Source of the DNA: Intoshia linei | Lineage: Eukaryota > Animalia > Orthonectida | NCBI GenBank assembly: GCA_001642005.1 | Contig: LWCA01000252.1 | Coordinates: 1-37,765 of the forward strand | Direction of reading: 5' to 3' | Length of the DNA: 37,765 nt | In this document: one piece after another, positions 37,701 to 37,765 of the stretch | Numbering within the stretch: the stretch's first letter is position 1 | Layout: every line of letters starts with the position of its first letter | Notes under the pieces: generated by a model | The model's database searches: none | What the model was told of the DNA's origin: nothing | Seen by the model: only the letters and a program-made list of their open reading frames with translations | Program-made: the position numbers and the translations under genes

Positions 37701-37765
37701 TTATTATGATTATTTTGTTTTGGGGTTTAAACAATGTTTGTGGGATAAATAAATGTAGACAATTT

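Overview
Very AT-rich eukaryotic (animal) genomic DNA with GT-AG introns, several only 32-45 nt long. This suggests a compact invertebrate genome, and an orthonectid such as Intoshia is a guess only. There are two single-N scaffold gaps, at 1711 and 12231. Left to right, the window holds: hATm-like transposon copies; the 3' nine exons of a SPAG17/PF6 central-pair gene (+, 3108-10968); a mariner fragment; and a ~15.4 kb tandem globin cluster (+, 14994-30374). The cluster has three intact two-exon globin genes, one orphan intact exon 2 and one pseudo-exon 2, interleaved with non-autonomous Helitrons, hAT/pogo MITEs, a Chapaev-like remnant and an antisense orphan ORF. After it come a poorly resolved multi-exon gene with a C-terminal hydrophobic segment and the 3' ten exons of a PUS1/TruA pseudouridine synthase (-, 33034-36733). 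The most notable signal is the globin array. All three intact genes lack the distal His and instead carry TyrB10/GlnE7/ThrE11, keep only the G7.0 intron, and include one divergent Cys-rich paralog.
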